Shown: positions 26,946 through 36,881, counted from the first letter of the stretch. The stretch is 64,000 nt of DNA from Gammaproteobacteria bacterium (GCA_038131595.1 JAYPPR010000003.1:144764-208763); one strand, 5' to 3'. Notes: generated by a model from the letters alone, not told the origin. Numbers and translations: made by a program.

Positions 26946-28496
26946 TTAGGGCCGATAACCGAATCGTGATGGGCCGGGCTGCAAAGCTTCCGCTGCGAGA
27001 TTCGCCCACTGGCACAAGGTCTCTCTGGTTCGAGCTGGTTCGATGATGTCCTCGATTTCGAAAAATTCAGCCGATCGGAAGGGAGAGCGCACCTTGTTCA
27101 GACGAGCTTTGATATCGGCCAGCAATCGTTCGGGGTTGTCGGATTCAGCGAGTTCGGCCTTGTACGCCACTTCAATGCCCCCCTCAATGGGTAGTGAGCC
27201 CCAATCGCCAGACGGCCAAGCAAATCGGTAATGGTGATGTCCGGGTTGGGTATTCGCTGCGCCCGCGACGCCAAAGGCTTTGCGGATGATCACGCTGCAG
27301 AAAGGAACCGTGGTCTGGCCTAGGGCCGCGAGTGCTGTAGAACCCACTCGAATCGTGCCACTCTCTTCTGACTGTTTGCCAATCAAGAAGCCAGGGCAAT
27401 CCACTAGGTGGATAAGTGGCAGATGAAAAGTCGAGGCAAGATCGCAAAATCGCACGAGTTTCTTGCAGCTATCTGCCGTCCAGGCGCCGCCGTAAATCAT
27501 TGGGTCTTCCGCGAAGATGGCGACGGGCAGGCCGTCCAAGCGAGCAAGCCCTGTGATAACGGACTTACCCCACTTTTTACCGATCTCAAAAAATGAGTCG
27601 GTATCGACGACTGTCTCGATCACCCGCCGCATTTTGTACACTTTTCGCGGATCACGAGGAACGATGTCATTCAGTTCTGGGGATTGGCGGTCCGTTGGAT
27701 CCACGCAGTCAACGCGAGGCGGTAACTCGTCGACGTTGCTAGGCAGGTAACTGAGAAATTGCTTGGCTCGCCTGAACGCTTCCGCCTCGCTCTCCACTTC
27801 GTCATCGATTGACCCGTTCCGCGTGTGAATCTCGCTGGATCCAAGCTCCTCTTTGGATACATCACCGAGACTCGCCCAGTCGACGAGTGCAGGACCTGCA
27901 ATCATCATTTGTGCCGAATGTTTGACGATGACCGAGTAATGCGAAGTGGTGACCCTGGCAGCGCCGATGCCGGCAACGCTGCCCAGAGCCAGCGAGACTG
28001 ATGGCGCAACACTCAAGTGCTGAACAATCGTTTCCCAACCTGCAACGCGAGGGATATAGGTTCTACCTGCCATCTCTATGGTTTTGACCGAGCCGCCGCC
28101 GCCCATGCCGTCGACCAACCGGATATGCGGTCGCCTTAATTCGAGCGCAAGCCCTTCGGCGTGAAGCCGTTTGCCCGCTATAGAAGCATCGGCCGAGCCG
28201 CCTCTCACCGTGAAGTCATCGCCAGACAGGATGACGGAGCGACCATCAAGCTTGGCTGAACCGAATACAAAGTTTGATGGTGTGACTTGTTCTAGCTCGC
28301 CCTGGTCATTGTACTGACCCACCCCAGCAAGTTTTCCAATCTCATGGAAGGAGTGGTCATCGGCGATCTCATCGATGCGCTCGCGGATGGTCAGCTTGCC
28401 AAATTCGTGCTGTCTGGCGACTTTCTCCTCACCTCCCATGGCCTCAGCAAGGGAGGTTCGAAGGCGCAATTCGTCAAGCTCGTCATTCCAGGTCAT
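26946..28496 (-). CDS. acyl-CoA carboxylase carboxyltransferase (beta) subunit
   Basis: It carries two crotonase-like carboxyltransferase domains (DDFTVRGGSADA..., PLIHLVDCPGFLIG) and is 516 aa long. Confidence 0.85.
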   Translation of the reverse strand: MTWNDELDELRLRTSLAEAMGGEEKVARQHEFGKLTIRERIDEIADDHSFHEIGKLAGVGQYNDQGELEQVTPSNFVFGSAKLDGRSVILSGDDFTVRGGSADASIAGKRLHAEGLALELRRPHIRLVDGMGGGGSVKTIEMAGRTYIPRVAGWETIVQHLSVAPSVSLALGSVAGIGAARVTTSHYSVIVKHSAQMMIAGPALVDWASLGDVSKEELGSSEIHTRNGSIDDEVESEAEAFRRAKQFLSYLPSNVDELPPRVDCVDPTDRQSPELNDIVPRDPRKVYKMRRVIETVVDTDSFFEIGKKWGKSVITGLARLDGLPVAIFAEDPMIYGGAWTADSCKKLVRFCDLASTFHLPLIHLVDCPGFLIGKQSEESGTIRVGSTALAALGQTTVPFCSVIIRKAFGVAGAANTQPGHHHYRFAWPSGDWGSLPIEGGIEVAYKAELAESDNPERLLADIKARLNKVRSPFRSAEFFEIEDIIEPARTRETLCQWANLAAEALQPGPSRFGYRP

Positions 28497-28604
28497 GAGT
28501 GATCCTTTGCTATTCGTGAACGCGTGTTGAAAACCAGAATAACGAGGGTGTATGGCCAGATCAACGCGGGCTGGTTACCATCTCCGCAGCGAGAAGGAGG
28601 GGAC

Positions 28605-29300
28605 ATGGATCAAAAAGAGTACCGGCAAGCTCGATTTGCAGCGCCACCTGGAGCCTGTAGCGTCATTTTAGTGCGACATGGTGAATCAAGAGCGGCAAGG
28701 CCTGGTGAACCCTTTCCCCTGGTCGATGGCCAAGGAGACCCGGAGCTCGCACCAAATGGTCGCGCCCAGGCAACTCGAGTCGGCGAACGGCTGAAAGCGT
28801 CGCCGATCACGGCAATTTACGCCACAAAACTGCAGCGAACGCAGGAGACGGCAGCACCGCTGGCGGAACATCTCGGTTTGTCCATCCAAATCAATCCGGA
28901 TTTACATGAGGTCCACCTCGGAGAATGGGAAGGGGGCATCCTTCGAATTAAGGCTGCGGAAGGCGACCCGATCTACGAGAGAATGCACCAAGAGGGCCGG
29001 TGGGATGTGATCCCTGGCGCGGAGGCAACCGAGGTATTTCGCACTAGACTGCTAAGAGGCATAGACACCATTGCGAGAGCGCACCCCAACGAGATGGTCG
29101 CAGTATTTGTCCATGGCGGGGTGATCGGCCAATTATTAGAGGCTGCGACTGGTGCTCGAGGATTTGCGTTTAGTGGCGCCGATAATGGCTCGATTAGTCA
29201 GGTTGTTGTCACAGGGGAGCAACTCATCGTGCGGGGCTTCAACGATGCGACCCATTTGATCGGTCTAGCAGACGCCGGCGGCTCTCAGTTGCCAACCTGA
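28605..29300 (+). CDS. histidine phosphatase (phosphoglycerate mutase) family protein
   Basis: The RHG motif (ILVRHGES) and a later His (VFVHGGVI) are present. The ATG at 28605 follows GAAGGAGG. The ORF-track start is 28524. Confidence 0.8.
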   Translation: MDQKEYRQARFAAPPGACSVILVRHGESRAARPGEPFPLVDGQGDPELAPNGRAQATRVGERLKASPITAIYATKLQRTQETAAPLAEHLGLSIQINPDLHEVHLGEWEGGILRIKAAEGDPIYERMHQEGRWDVIPGAEATEVFRTRLLRGIDTIARAHPNEMVAVFVHGGVIGQLLEAATGARGFAFSGADNGSISQVVVTGEQLIVRGFNDATHLIGLADAGGSQLPT

Positions 29301-29460
29301 TCATTCAACTTTCTAGCGTCACCCGCTCGGTTGGGCGAGCTATCCCGTTCATTTACAGGATCGAGTCTGTTGCCCTTAGACCGTTTTTGGTGGCGCCAAG
29401 GCGACAACGTTTGATTGGACTGAGCGTATAATTCACGAATAGCTCACTGGACTTCGCCAG

Positions 29461-30222
29461 ATGGTGGAATCTCTCCAACAATTGAAAGCAACCTTCGATG
29501 ATCAGGGCTTTGTGGTCGTGCCTGGTCTGTTACCCCAAGCGCTGCGGGAGCAGCTGCTCGGCATTGCGGCAGAGCACCTAGCCATGAAGTTGGCCCCGGT
29601 GGAATATGAGGTTGATGTTCACTATCCCGGGTCTCCATTAGATGACACCTCAGAGGGCGCCGAAACCGCCAGGCGGCTATTGCAAACCTACTCGAGACAC
29701 AGTGCCTTTCGCGAGTGGGGTACGGCAGATCAGATCAAAGCGATTTTGAGTGAGCTCTTTGGCCACGGTGAGGTGCTGCTGTCCCAGTGTCACCACAATT
29801 GCGTGATGACTAAGCAGCCGGGTTTTTCCAGCGTGACACGATGGCACCAAGACATTCGCTACTGGCACTTTGACCGGCAAGACTTAATTAGCGTTTGGTC
29901 TGCGCTTGGGGACGAATCCAAAAGAAATGGCTGCCTGCGGGTGTTGCCAGGAAGCCATCGGTGGACCTTGGATCCTGGGCAATTTGATGCTGCGCGATTC
30001 CTCCGCTCTGACCTAGACAGTAATAAAGCCCTGCTAAAAACGGCGCAGGCGGTGCCGCTGAACCCCGGAGACGTGTTGTTTTTCCATGCGCGCTTGTTTC
30101 ACGCGGCGAGCAGGAATACGTCGTCCGAAACCAAATACTCATTGGTCTACACCTATCACGAGGCAAGCAACGCGCCCATTGAGTCAACCCGATCGGCACA
30201 ATTCCCGAGCATTCCGTTCTAG
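29461..30222 (+). CDS. phytanoyl-CoA dioxygenase (PhyH) family Fe(II)/2-oxoglutarate oxygenase
   Basis: The N-terminal F..QGFVVVPGLL, the HxD (WHQDIRYW) and a distal His/Arg (FFHARLFHAASRN) are present. Confidence 0.8.
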   Translation: MVESLQQLKATFDDQGFVVVPGLLPQALREQLLGIAAEHLAMKLAPVEYEVDVHYPGSPLDDTSEGAETARRLLQTYSRHSAFREWGTADQIKAILSELFGHGEVLLSQCHHNCVMTKQPGFSSVTRWHQDIRYWHFDRQDLISVWSALGDESKRNGCLRVLPGSHRWTLDPGQFDAARFLRSDLDSNKALLKTAQAVPLNPGDVLFFHARLFHAASRNTSSETKYSLVYTYHEASNAPIESTRSAQFPSIPF

Positions 30223-30538
30223 TTGACGGGTGTTAGTAGTCAATGGGCTTGCAATCGATAGCTTGTTATCGACAGGTTTGCCGCCGCACGCTGACCTCAA
30301 CGTCGCTTATCTCAAGTGCAATGAGGGCCTTGCGCTCTCCAAGCTATCAGTGATGAGCTCCCGAATAGACCACTCATCGAGGGCTTCCGCGGGATAATCG
30401 CATTGGCTTACGGCAGAGCTTGTGGCTTTAAGTTGAAAGAGCACTGAAAGTAAAAGAAGTCCGTAAGGTTAAAAGAGTGAAGCCCCCCCCCTCAATGATG
30501 GGGCGTGGCCTTGAATCCTCTGTTCCGTGATTATCCCC

Positions 30539-31444
30539 TTAGCTTTGCGTTGGGATAGCGTCTCTAAAACAGTCGATCAGCGTCATGAGGGCGTCTGCCC
30601 TTGAGTGGCCTCTTCGCCATGCAAAACCAATGTCCCTGTGAAATCGGTCGAGTGGCAGCGCTTCTGTTTTAATGGGTGTTCCATTGAGGATACCTGCGTC
30701 CAATGCCATTTGCGGCAATATGGTCACCCCTACATCGTTTTGAACCATCTGCACGAGCATTTGCAGGCTGTTTGCGCCAAAGGTGTGGATCTTTTTATGG
30801 CTCTTTAGTCGGCAACCTGCGAGCGCGTGGTCTCTTAGACAATGACCGTCATCCAACAAGAGAAGGCTCTCGTCGGGTAAGTCGTCAAAGTTGATCAAGC
30901 CATCTTCGACAATCGATGAGCCCTCACAAAAGGCAAGGTGGAGTGGCTCGCGGTAAATGGTGATGGTTTCAAGAGAGCCTGCATCGTAGGGTAGCGCTAT
31001 GAGTGCCAGGTCTAATTGGTTCGCCAGCAGCTCTGCAACTAATCCTGCCGTCGTGTCTTCGCGCAGGTAGAGCTGAAGGGATGGAAAGGCTTCTCTTAGC
31101 GTTGCAGCGTAATGCCCCATGACGTAGGGCGCGATGGTATGGATACCGCCGATCTTGATGGGAAGCGACAGAGGATTATGAAAAGCCTGAGCTTCTTCCA
31201 TCAAGTCTTCGACTTGCATGATGATGTAGCGACTCCGGTCAGCGATCCTGAGCCCGAGCTCGGTGAAGGCAACGCTTTTGTTCGTCCGTTCGACAAGTTG
31301 AACATCCAAAAAGCGCTCGAGTTCCCTGATTCCAGAGCTCAGGGTTGATTGGGTGACATTGAGTGCCTGCGCGGCTCTGCCAAAGTGGAGGTGGTCATGT
31401 AAGGCGACGAGATACTGCAGTTGTCTGACGGGTGGTAAAAACAC
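30539..31444 (-). CDS. LysR-family transcriptional regulator, OxyR-like (both redox cysteines present)
   Basis: The HTH LQYLVALHDHLHFGRAAQALNVTQSTLSSGIRELE and the segment DDGHCLRDHALAGC match the OxyR pattern GHCLRD...C as I remember it (Cys199/Cys208). The ORF runs to 31723. The GTG at 31444 with GGAG 8 nt upstream gives a typical 301 aa. Confidence 0.75.
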   Translation of the reverse strand: MFLPPVRQLQYLVALHDHLHFGRAAQALNVTQSTLSSGIRELERFLDVQLVERTNKSVAFTELGLRIADRSRYIIMQVEDLMEEAQAFHNPLSLPIKIGGIHTIAPYVMGHYAATLREAFPSLQLYLREDTTAGLVAELLANQLDLALIALPYDAGSLETITIYREPLHLAFCEGSSIVEDGLINFDDLPDESLLLLDDGHCLRDHALAGCRLKSHKKIHTFGANSLQMLVQMVQNDVGVTILPQMALDAGILNGTPIKTEALPLDRFHRDIGFAWRRGHSRADALMTLIDCFRDAIPTQS

Positions 31445-31777
31445 GGCAAGCACTCCAAGACGATGGCGTAAGTGTACCGCGAACGGGCTATGCAGTTGCA
31501 GAGCCTTGTAACCAACGATGCTAAGTAATGCTTGCAATTCTCCGGCAGGCGGCGATGAACCTATGTCATCGATGCCTACGGCAAGATGCTCACTTGCATG
31601 GGGATAATTCGCTTCGTTCGAATTGGAGATTCGATCTGTAACCCGAGACCAACTTTTCTCCTTGAGTGCCACCTGGCGCTCAGCATCGCACCGAGCCTCG
31701 GGCGTTGAAGCCTTCATTGCCAAGCATTCTTCAACCGATCATGATTGAGGCATCGGAACGGTCAATGGGTTAACGAG

Positions 31778-33325
31778 ATGAATGGAGCCGAGTCTTTAAT
31801 ACGGTCTTTGGTGAATGCGGGCGTAACGACTTGTTTTGCCAATCCTGGGACGTCTGAAATGCATTTGGTACAGGCGATGGATGCCGTTCCAGAGATGCGC
31901 GGCGTCCTCTGTTTGTTTGAGGGCGTTTGTACTGGAGCCGCTGACGGCTATGCTCGCATTGCTGGGAAGCCCGCAATAACGGTGCTTCATCTCGGCCCTG
32001 GTTTGGGTAACGGTATAGCGAATTTACATAACGCCCGGCGTGCCGCAACGCCGATTATCAATCTTGTTGGCAACCATGCAACGTATCATGTGCCCCACGA
32101 TGCACCGTTAACATCCGACATCGAAACGCTGGCGAAAAACGTGTCGACTTGGATTAAGTCGGATTCAACCGCAGGTTCGCTTGCGGCGGATGGAATGATG
32201 GCGCTAGCCAAAACTCAGTCGCCATCGCACGGGTCCGATGGAGCGACTGCGACGCTCATTATCCCCGCCGAAGCTTGTTGGGGGGAGGCGCCTGATATCG
32301 CAACTGTCGTCCAGCCTGAGCCCCCTGCGGTGGTCGAGGCGGAGCGCATACAATCGGTGGCTAAAGCGCTCGGGCCTGCATCCATGTTGCTATTGGATAA
32401 AGGGGCGCTAACGGTTGAATCTCGGATGCTTGCAGCGCAAGTGGCACACAAAATGGGCTGTCGGGTCAGCATGTCCACCTTCCCAGCTCGAGTAGACTCG
32501 GGGCCCGGCCATCCTGTCGTCGAGCGGCTTCCTTACTTCCCCGAGGACGTGTTGAGAGCAATGGATGGGGTCGAACATTTGGTGTTAGTGGGTGCCGAGC
32601 AACCGGTTAGTTTCTTTGCCTACCCCAATCAGGACAGTGTACTTGTGCCAGAGAACTGCACGGTCGATCGTCTTGTTAGTGCCCATGAAAATGTGAGCCA
32701 AGCGTTAAAAGATTTGTGCGATGCAGTCGATGGGACATCAACCCAGCCCATGACCTATACCAAGGAGTCGCTCCCGGTCCTTAATGGGAAACTGTCGGTG
32801 CGCGCGGTGGCCAATGTCGTCGCACAACATATGCCCGAGAATAGTATTCTTTGTGGCGACTCTGGTGGAGGCGCTGCAGTGCTCGGGCCCGCACAAGTGT
32901 CGAAGGCGCACACATGGCTGAATCTGACTGGAGGATCTATCGGGCAAGGTGGGCCTGCCGCTGTGGGCGCAGCCATTGCGGCACCTGATCGTCAGGTATT
33001 CGCTTTGCTCGGTGATGGCGCCTCGATGTATACAAACCAAGCGCTTTGGACGCAGGCCCGAGAGGGGTTGAACGTCATCACGGTGATTTTTAACAATCAG
33101 ATTTACGGAATTTTAGAGACCGAGTACTTGCGCCTTGGCGTGAATGCGGTGGGTGAACATGCGGCACAACTATTCAATCTCGCATCGCCAGCCATTGATT
33201 TTGTGAAGCTTGCCGAGAGTATGGGCGTTCCCGGTTCGAGGGCCGATACGGTTGAGACGTTCGAAGCGGCGCTATTAGCCGCCCTCGAGCGAGGAGGGCC
33301 GAGCCTGATCGAGGCGATGGTTTGA
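31778..33325 (+). CDS. thiamine-pyrophosphate-dependent enzyme (acetolactate synthase large subunit / benzoylformate decarboxylase family)
   Basis: The N-terminal MNGAESLIRSLVNAGVTTCFANPGTSEM and the TPP motif GDGASMYTNQALWT...NNQIYG are present. Confidence 0.85.
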   Translation: MNGAESLIRSLVNAGVTTCFANPGTSEMHLVQAMDAVPEMRGVLCLFEGVCTGAADGYARIAGKPAITVLHLGPGLGNGIANLHNARRAATPIINLVGNHATYHVPHDAPLTSDIETLAKNVSTWIKSDSTAGSLAADGMMALAKTQSPSHGSDGATATLIIPAEACWGEAPDIATVVQPEPPAVVEAERIQSVAKALGPASMLLLDKGALTVESRMLAAQVAHKMGCRVSMSTFPARVDSGPGHPVVERLPYFPEDVLRAMDGVEHLVLVGAEQPVSFFAYPNQDSVLVPENCTVDRLVSAHENVSQALKDLCDAVDGTSTQPMTYTKESLPVLNGKLSVRAVANVVAQHMPENSILCGDSGGGAAVLGPAQVSKAHTWLNLTGGSIGQGGPAAVGAAIAAPDRQVFALLGDGASMYTNQALWTQAREGLNVITVIFNNQIYGILETEYLRLGVNAVGEHAAQLFNLASPAIDFVKLAESMGVPGSRADTVETFEAALLAALERGGPSLIEAMV

Positions 33326-33520
33326 TTCACTATGCGGCACTCGAGCTATAGGATTCGGGACTATCATCATCGAGATCGGCTGCGCTGGCCGATCAATCCG
33401 AAGGCGATGATTCACCTTTCGGAGTAAGGACCGATAACCAATCGCGTTTGGACCTTGCAACGGGTGCTAGATGGTGATTGATTGAGCATAAAACGTCGTT
33501 TGCTGTAGAGAATAAGCGCG

Positions 33521-33541
33521 GCAGCACGTGAGCTGCTTTTT
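33521..33541 (+). terminator. weak hairpin plus T5 downstream of the TPP-enzyme gene
   Basis: The sequence is gcagc acgtga gctgc ttttt. The stem is only 5 bp. Confidence 0.3.
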
Positions 33542-33874
33542 GACGCTTGGAATCTGTTTTATTTTGAGCGCCTCTGATATGCTCGCGCGAGCCTGCTCGT
33601 TTAGGCTTCAACGCTTGACCTGTCCCCAGAAAGCAGCGGGAAGGCGGGGGGTAGCGGGAGGCGCGAAAGCAGTATCGGTAGTAGCAGTCTGGTCTATACG
33701 GCTCGACTAGATACGCGCCAAGGCCTGTATGCGATTAACCGGTAGGTATTTTAAAACGCGTCCGAACGGCAGTTGTGGGCGTGATAAAAGAGAGATCCAA
33801 AGGGGCGTAGCGAGCGGTATGCGACGTTTGAGGAGGATTTAAAGGCCATGGAGGCCAAGGACTAGAGGGGTAAG

Positions 33875-35749
33875 ATGTCAGTCGTCGAGAAAGAAATAGA
33901 AGCTCCTGCATCAAGTTCATCATCCAGCGCTGTGGTCGTTCGCTTCGCGGGCGACTCCGGGGATGGGATGCAGCTCACCGGTAGTAACTTCACAGAGGCC
34001 ACCGCCCTGCATGGCAATGACCTTGCCACTTTTCCTGATTTCCCTGCAGAGATCAGAGCGCCTGCTGGGGCTACATTTGGGGTTTCAGCATTCCAAATTT
34101 ACTTCGGTGCTGACGAAGTCACCACAGCTGGGGATGACGTCGACGTCCTCGTCGCCATGAATCCAGCTGCATTGATCACCAACTTGAAAGATCTGCTGCC
34201 TGGCGGTCTGATTATCGCGGACGCCGATGCATTTACCGACAAGAATCTCGTAAGGGCAGGTTACAAAGAAAACCCGCTCGAGGATGGAAGTCTGGATGGC
34301 TATCGGTTGATCTCGATTGACATTACGAAGCAAGTGATTGCCTCGGTTGAGCCCTACGGGCTGTCTCACAAGTTTGCGGTTCGTTGTAAGAATATGTGGA
34401 CGCTCGGACTCGTCATGTGGCTATTTGATAGAGACCGAACGATCACCATTGATAACTTAAAGGCCAAATTTAAGTCGCGGCCAGAAATCGCGGATGCTAA
34501 CGTCGCTGCGCTGAATGCAGGGCACAGCTACGGTGAAACGGCTGAACTGCCGACCGGAGTTGAGGTTTACCGCATTCCCCGTGCTGAGGTTGAGCCTGGG
34601 CTCTACCGAAACACGACCGGAACCGAGGCCTTGGCGTTTGGACTAATCGCGGGTGGCCTTCTGGCAGAAGTGCCTTTGACATTCGCGTCCTACCCGATCA
34701 CGCCTGCATCATCACTGCTTCATTCGCTGGCGCAGTACAAGGAATTTGATGTCGTGACTTTCCAAGCCGAAGACGAAATAGCAGCGGTTTGCGCAGCCAT
34801 TGGCGCCTCGTTTGGTGGCACGCTTGGGGTGACATCAAGCTCGGGGCCAGGTATTGCGCTGAAAGGAGAGGCGATCGCACTCGCTTGCGCAACTGAACTG
34901 CCACTCATTGTGGTTAACACTCAGCGGGGCGGCCCTTCAACTGGAATGCCAACGAAAACCGAACAATCTGATTTGAATCAGGCGCTCTTCGGTAGGCACG
35001 CTGATACGCCGATGCCTGTGATTTCTACCGCAACGCCAGGGGATTGTTTTGAGGTCGCCATCGAGGCGGTCAGGTTAGCGACGAAGTTTTCAACACCGGT
35101 CATGCTGCTCAGCGATGGTTACCTCGCAAATGCCGCTGAGCCTTGGAAAGTGCCTGACCTAGAGCAATTTGAGAAGTTCCCCGTGAAGTTTGAGACGAAC
35201 CCTGATGGGTTTGAACCCGCCAATCGGGATCCAGAGACCTTAGCCCGTGTGTGGGCAAAGCCAGGCACGAAAGGGCTCGAGCACCGCATCGGCGGTATCG
35301 AGCGAGATTTTGTGACCGGTGACATCTCCTACGATCCGGACAACCACCAGAAGATGACCGATGTTCGTAAGGCGAAGGTTGAAGGCATTAGCCAGCACAT
35401 TCCTAAGCAATCTGTGTCGCAGGGAAATGAATCAGGAAAGCTTGCGGTCGTCGGTTGGGGTTCGACCTATGGCGCTATTCGGCAAGCAGTCAAACGTTGT
35501 CGAGCAGAAGGGTATGACGTGAGCCATATTCACATTCGCTATCTCAACCCCATGCCCAGCAACTTGGAATCACTGCTCAAAGGGTTCGATCAAATCCTGG
35601 TCCCTGAGATGAATACAGGCCAACTGGTGGACGTCCTGCGAGCCAAGTTCCTGGTAGACGCAAAAGGTCTAAACAAAGTGTCAGGACAGCCCTTCAAGAT
35701 CCGCGAAATCACGGACGGTATAAAAGCGCTGATGGGAGAGCAAGCATGA
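33875..35749 (+). CDS. korA: 2-oxoacid (2-oxoglutarate):ferredoxin oxidoreductase alpha subunit
   Basis: VVRFAGDSGDGMQLTG, the PITPAS motif and its 624-aa length fit the two-subunit KorAB type. Confidence 0.9.
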   Translation: MSVVEKEIEAPASSSSSSAVVVRFAGDSGDGMQLTGSNFTEATALHGNDLATFPDFPAEIRAPAGATFGVSAFQIYFGADEVTTAGDDVDVLVAMNPAALITNLKDLLPGGLIIADADAFTDKNLVRAGYKENPLEDGSLDGYRLISIDITKQVIASVEPYGLSHKFAVRCKNMWTLGLVMWLFDRDRTITIDNLKAKFKSRPEIADANVAALNAGHSYGETAELPTGVEVYRIPRAEVEPGLYRNTTGTEALAFGLIAGGLLAEVPLTFASYPITPASSLLHSLAQYKEFDVVTFQAEDEIAAVCAAIGASFGGTLGVTSSSGPGIALKGEAIALACATELPLIVVNTQRGGPSTGMPTKTEQSDLNQALFGRHADTPMPVISTATPGDCFEVAIEAVRLATKFSTPVMLLSDGYLANAAEPWKVPDLEQFEKFPVKFETNPDGFEPANRDPETLARVWAKPGTKGLEHRIGGIERDFVTGDISYDPDNHQKMTDVRKAKVEGISQHIPKQSVSQGNESGKLAVVGWGSTYGAIRQAVKRCRAEGYDVSHIHIRYLNPMPSNLESLLKGFDQILVPEMNTGQLVDVLRAKFLVDAKGLNKVSGQPFKIREITDGIKALMGEQA

Positions 35750-36762
35750 ACGCGCCAGAAAAACTAACGATTAAGGACTTCAGCACGGACCAAGAGGTAC
35801 GTTGGTGCCCAGGATGTGGTGATTACGCAATTCTGAAAACCGTTCAGAAGTTAATGCCTGAGCTTGATCAACCGAAAGAAAACACGGTGTTCGTATCGGG
35901 AATTGGATGCTCATCACGCTTCCCGTATTACATGGAAACCTATGGCTTTCACACTATTCACGGACGCGCACCAAGTATTGCGACAGGCGTGAAGCTCTCC
36001 AACCCCGACCTAGACGTTTGGGTTATAACTGGCGATGGTGACGCGCTTAGTATTGGTGGCAATCACACGATGCATGCCCTGCGCCGCAACGTCGATTTGC
36101 AGATCCTGTTGTTTAACAACCAGATCTATGGGCTGACAAAAGGGCAGTACTCGCCGACCTCAAAGGTTGGAACCAAGTCACCCTCTACGCCAGATGGCTC
36201 GGTCGATATGCCGCTCAATCCGTGTAGTTTCGCCCTCGGTGCGGGCGCACGATTCGTGGCGAGAAGTATTGACACTGAAGCAAAGCATCTAACGACCGTA
36301 CTAAAACGGGCACACGCGCACGAAGGGGCCTCATTTGTTGAGATCTACCAGAATTGCCCGGTATATAACGATGGCATTTTTGAGCTCATCAAGGAAAAGA
36401 AAACGGCAGGTGAGACGCGACTGGTACTAGAGCATGGGCAGCCAATGATATTTGGCACAGAGCGTGACAAAGGGATCAAACTTAACGCGTCTACCTTGGC
36501 GCTAGAAGTGGTAACCCTTGGAGAAGATGGTGTCACGGAAGAGGACTTGGTTGTTCATGATGAGACCAATCGCATGCTGGCTCAGCTATTAACCCAGTTG
36601 CGTGCACCAGAGTTCCCCGAGCCCGTTGGCGTCATTTACTGCAACCCAGAAACTGCTTACGAAGACTCAGTTTATGAGCAGATCAAGACGGTGCGTGAAA
36701 AGAAGGGCCTTGCGGATTTCACGAACGCCTTAAAATCCGGCCATACCTGGACGGTCAGCTAA
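35746..36762 (+). CDS. korB: 2-oxoacid:ferredoxin oxidoreductase beta subunit (TPP-binding)
   Basis: RWCPGCGDYAIL and GDGDALSIGGNH are present. Its start overlaps the korA stop (ATGA). Confidence 0.9.
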   Translation: MNAPEKLTIKDFSTDQEVRWCPGCGDYAILKTVQKLMPELDQPKENTVFVSGIGCSSRFPYYMETYGFHTIHGRAPSIATGVKLSNPDLDVWVITGDGDALSIGGNHTMHALRRNVDLQILLFNNQIYGLTKGQYSPTSKVGTKSPSTPDGSVDMPLNPCSFALGAGARFVARSIDTEAKHLTTVLKRAHAHEGASFVEIYQNCPVYNDGIFELIKEKKTAGETRLVLEHGQPMIFGTERDKGIKLNASTLALEVVTLGEDGVTEEDLVVHDETNRMLAQLLTQLRAPEFPEPVGVIYCNPETAYEDSVYEQIKTVREKKGLADFTNALKSGHTWTVS

Positions 36763-36802
36763 TCGAGCGATACTGCCAGCGCTCTTTTGCGGCGCTGCGC
36801 GC

Positions 36803-36834
36803 AAAAACCCCAAGCTTAGCTTGGGGTTTTTTTT
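36803..36834 (+). terminator. Rho-independent terminator after korB
   Basis: The sequence is aaaaa ccccaagc tta gcttgggg tttttttt: a perfect 8-bp stem flanked by A and T runs, so it could work in both directions. Confidence 0.85.
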
Positions 36835-36881
36835 GTCTGCCGGTGGAGTGATCCTGTGATATATAGGACTCATCACCTACT

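Noticed and set aside
31445-31723. N-terminal 93-residue extension of the LysR/OxyR-like ORF
   Set aside because: The extension has no similarity to LysR proteins, which normally begin a few residues before the HTH. An internal GTG with GGAG gives the canonical length of about 300 aa. The region is better treated as the divergent promoter region.
33638-33661. G-rich tract as a possible G-quadruplex in the korA upstream region
   Set aside because: There are only marginally four G3 runs, and one requires splitting a G6 with a zero-length loop. I note it inside the leader finding but do not call it a feature.
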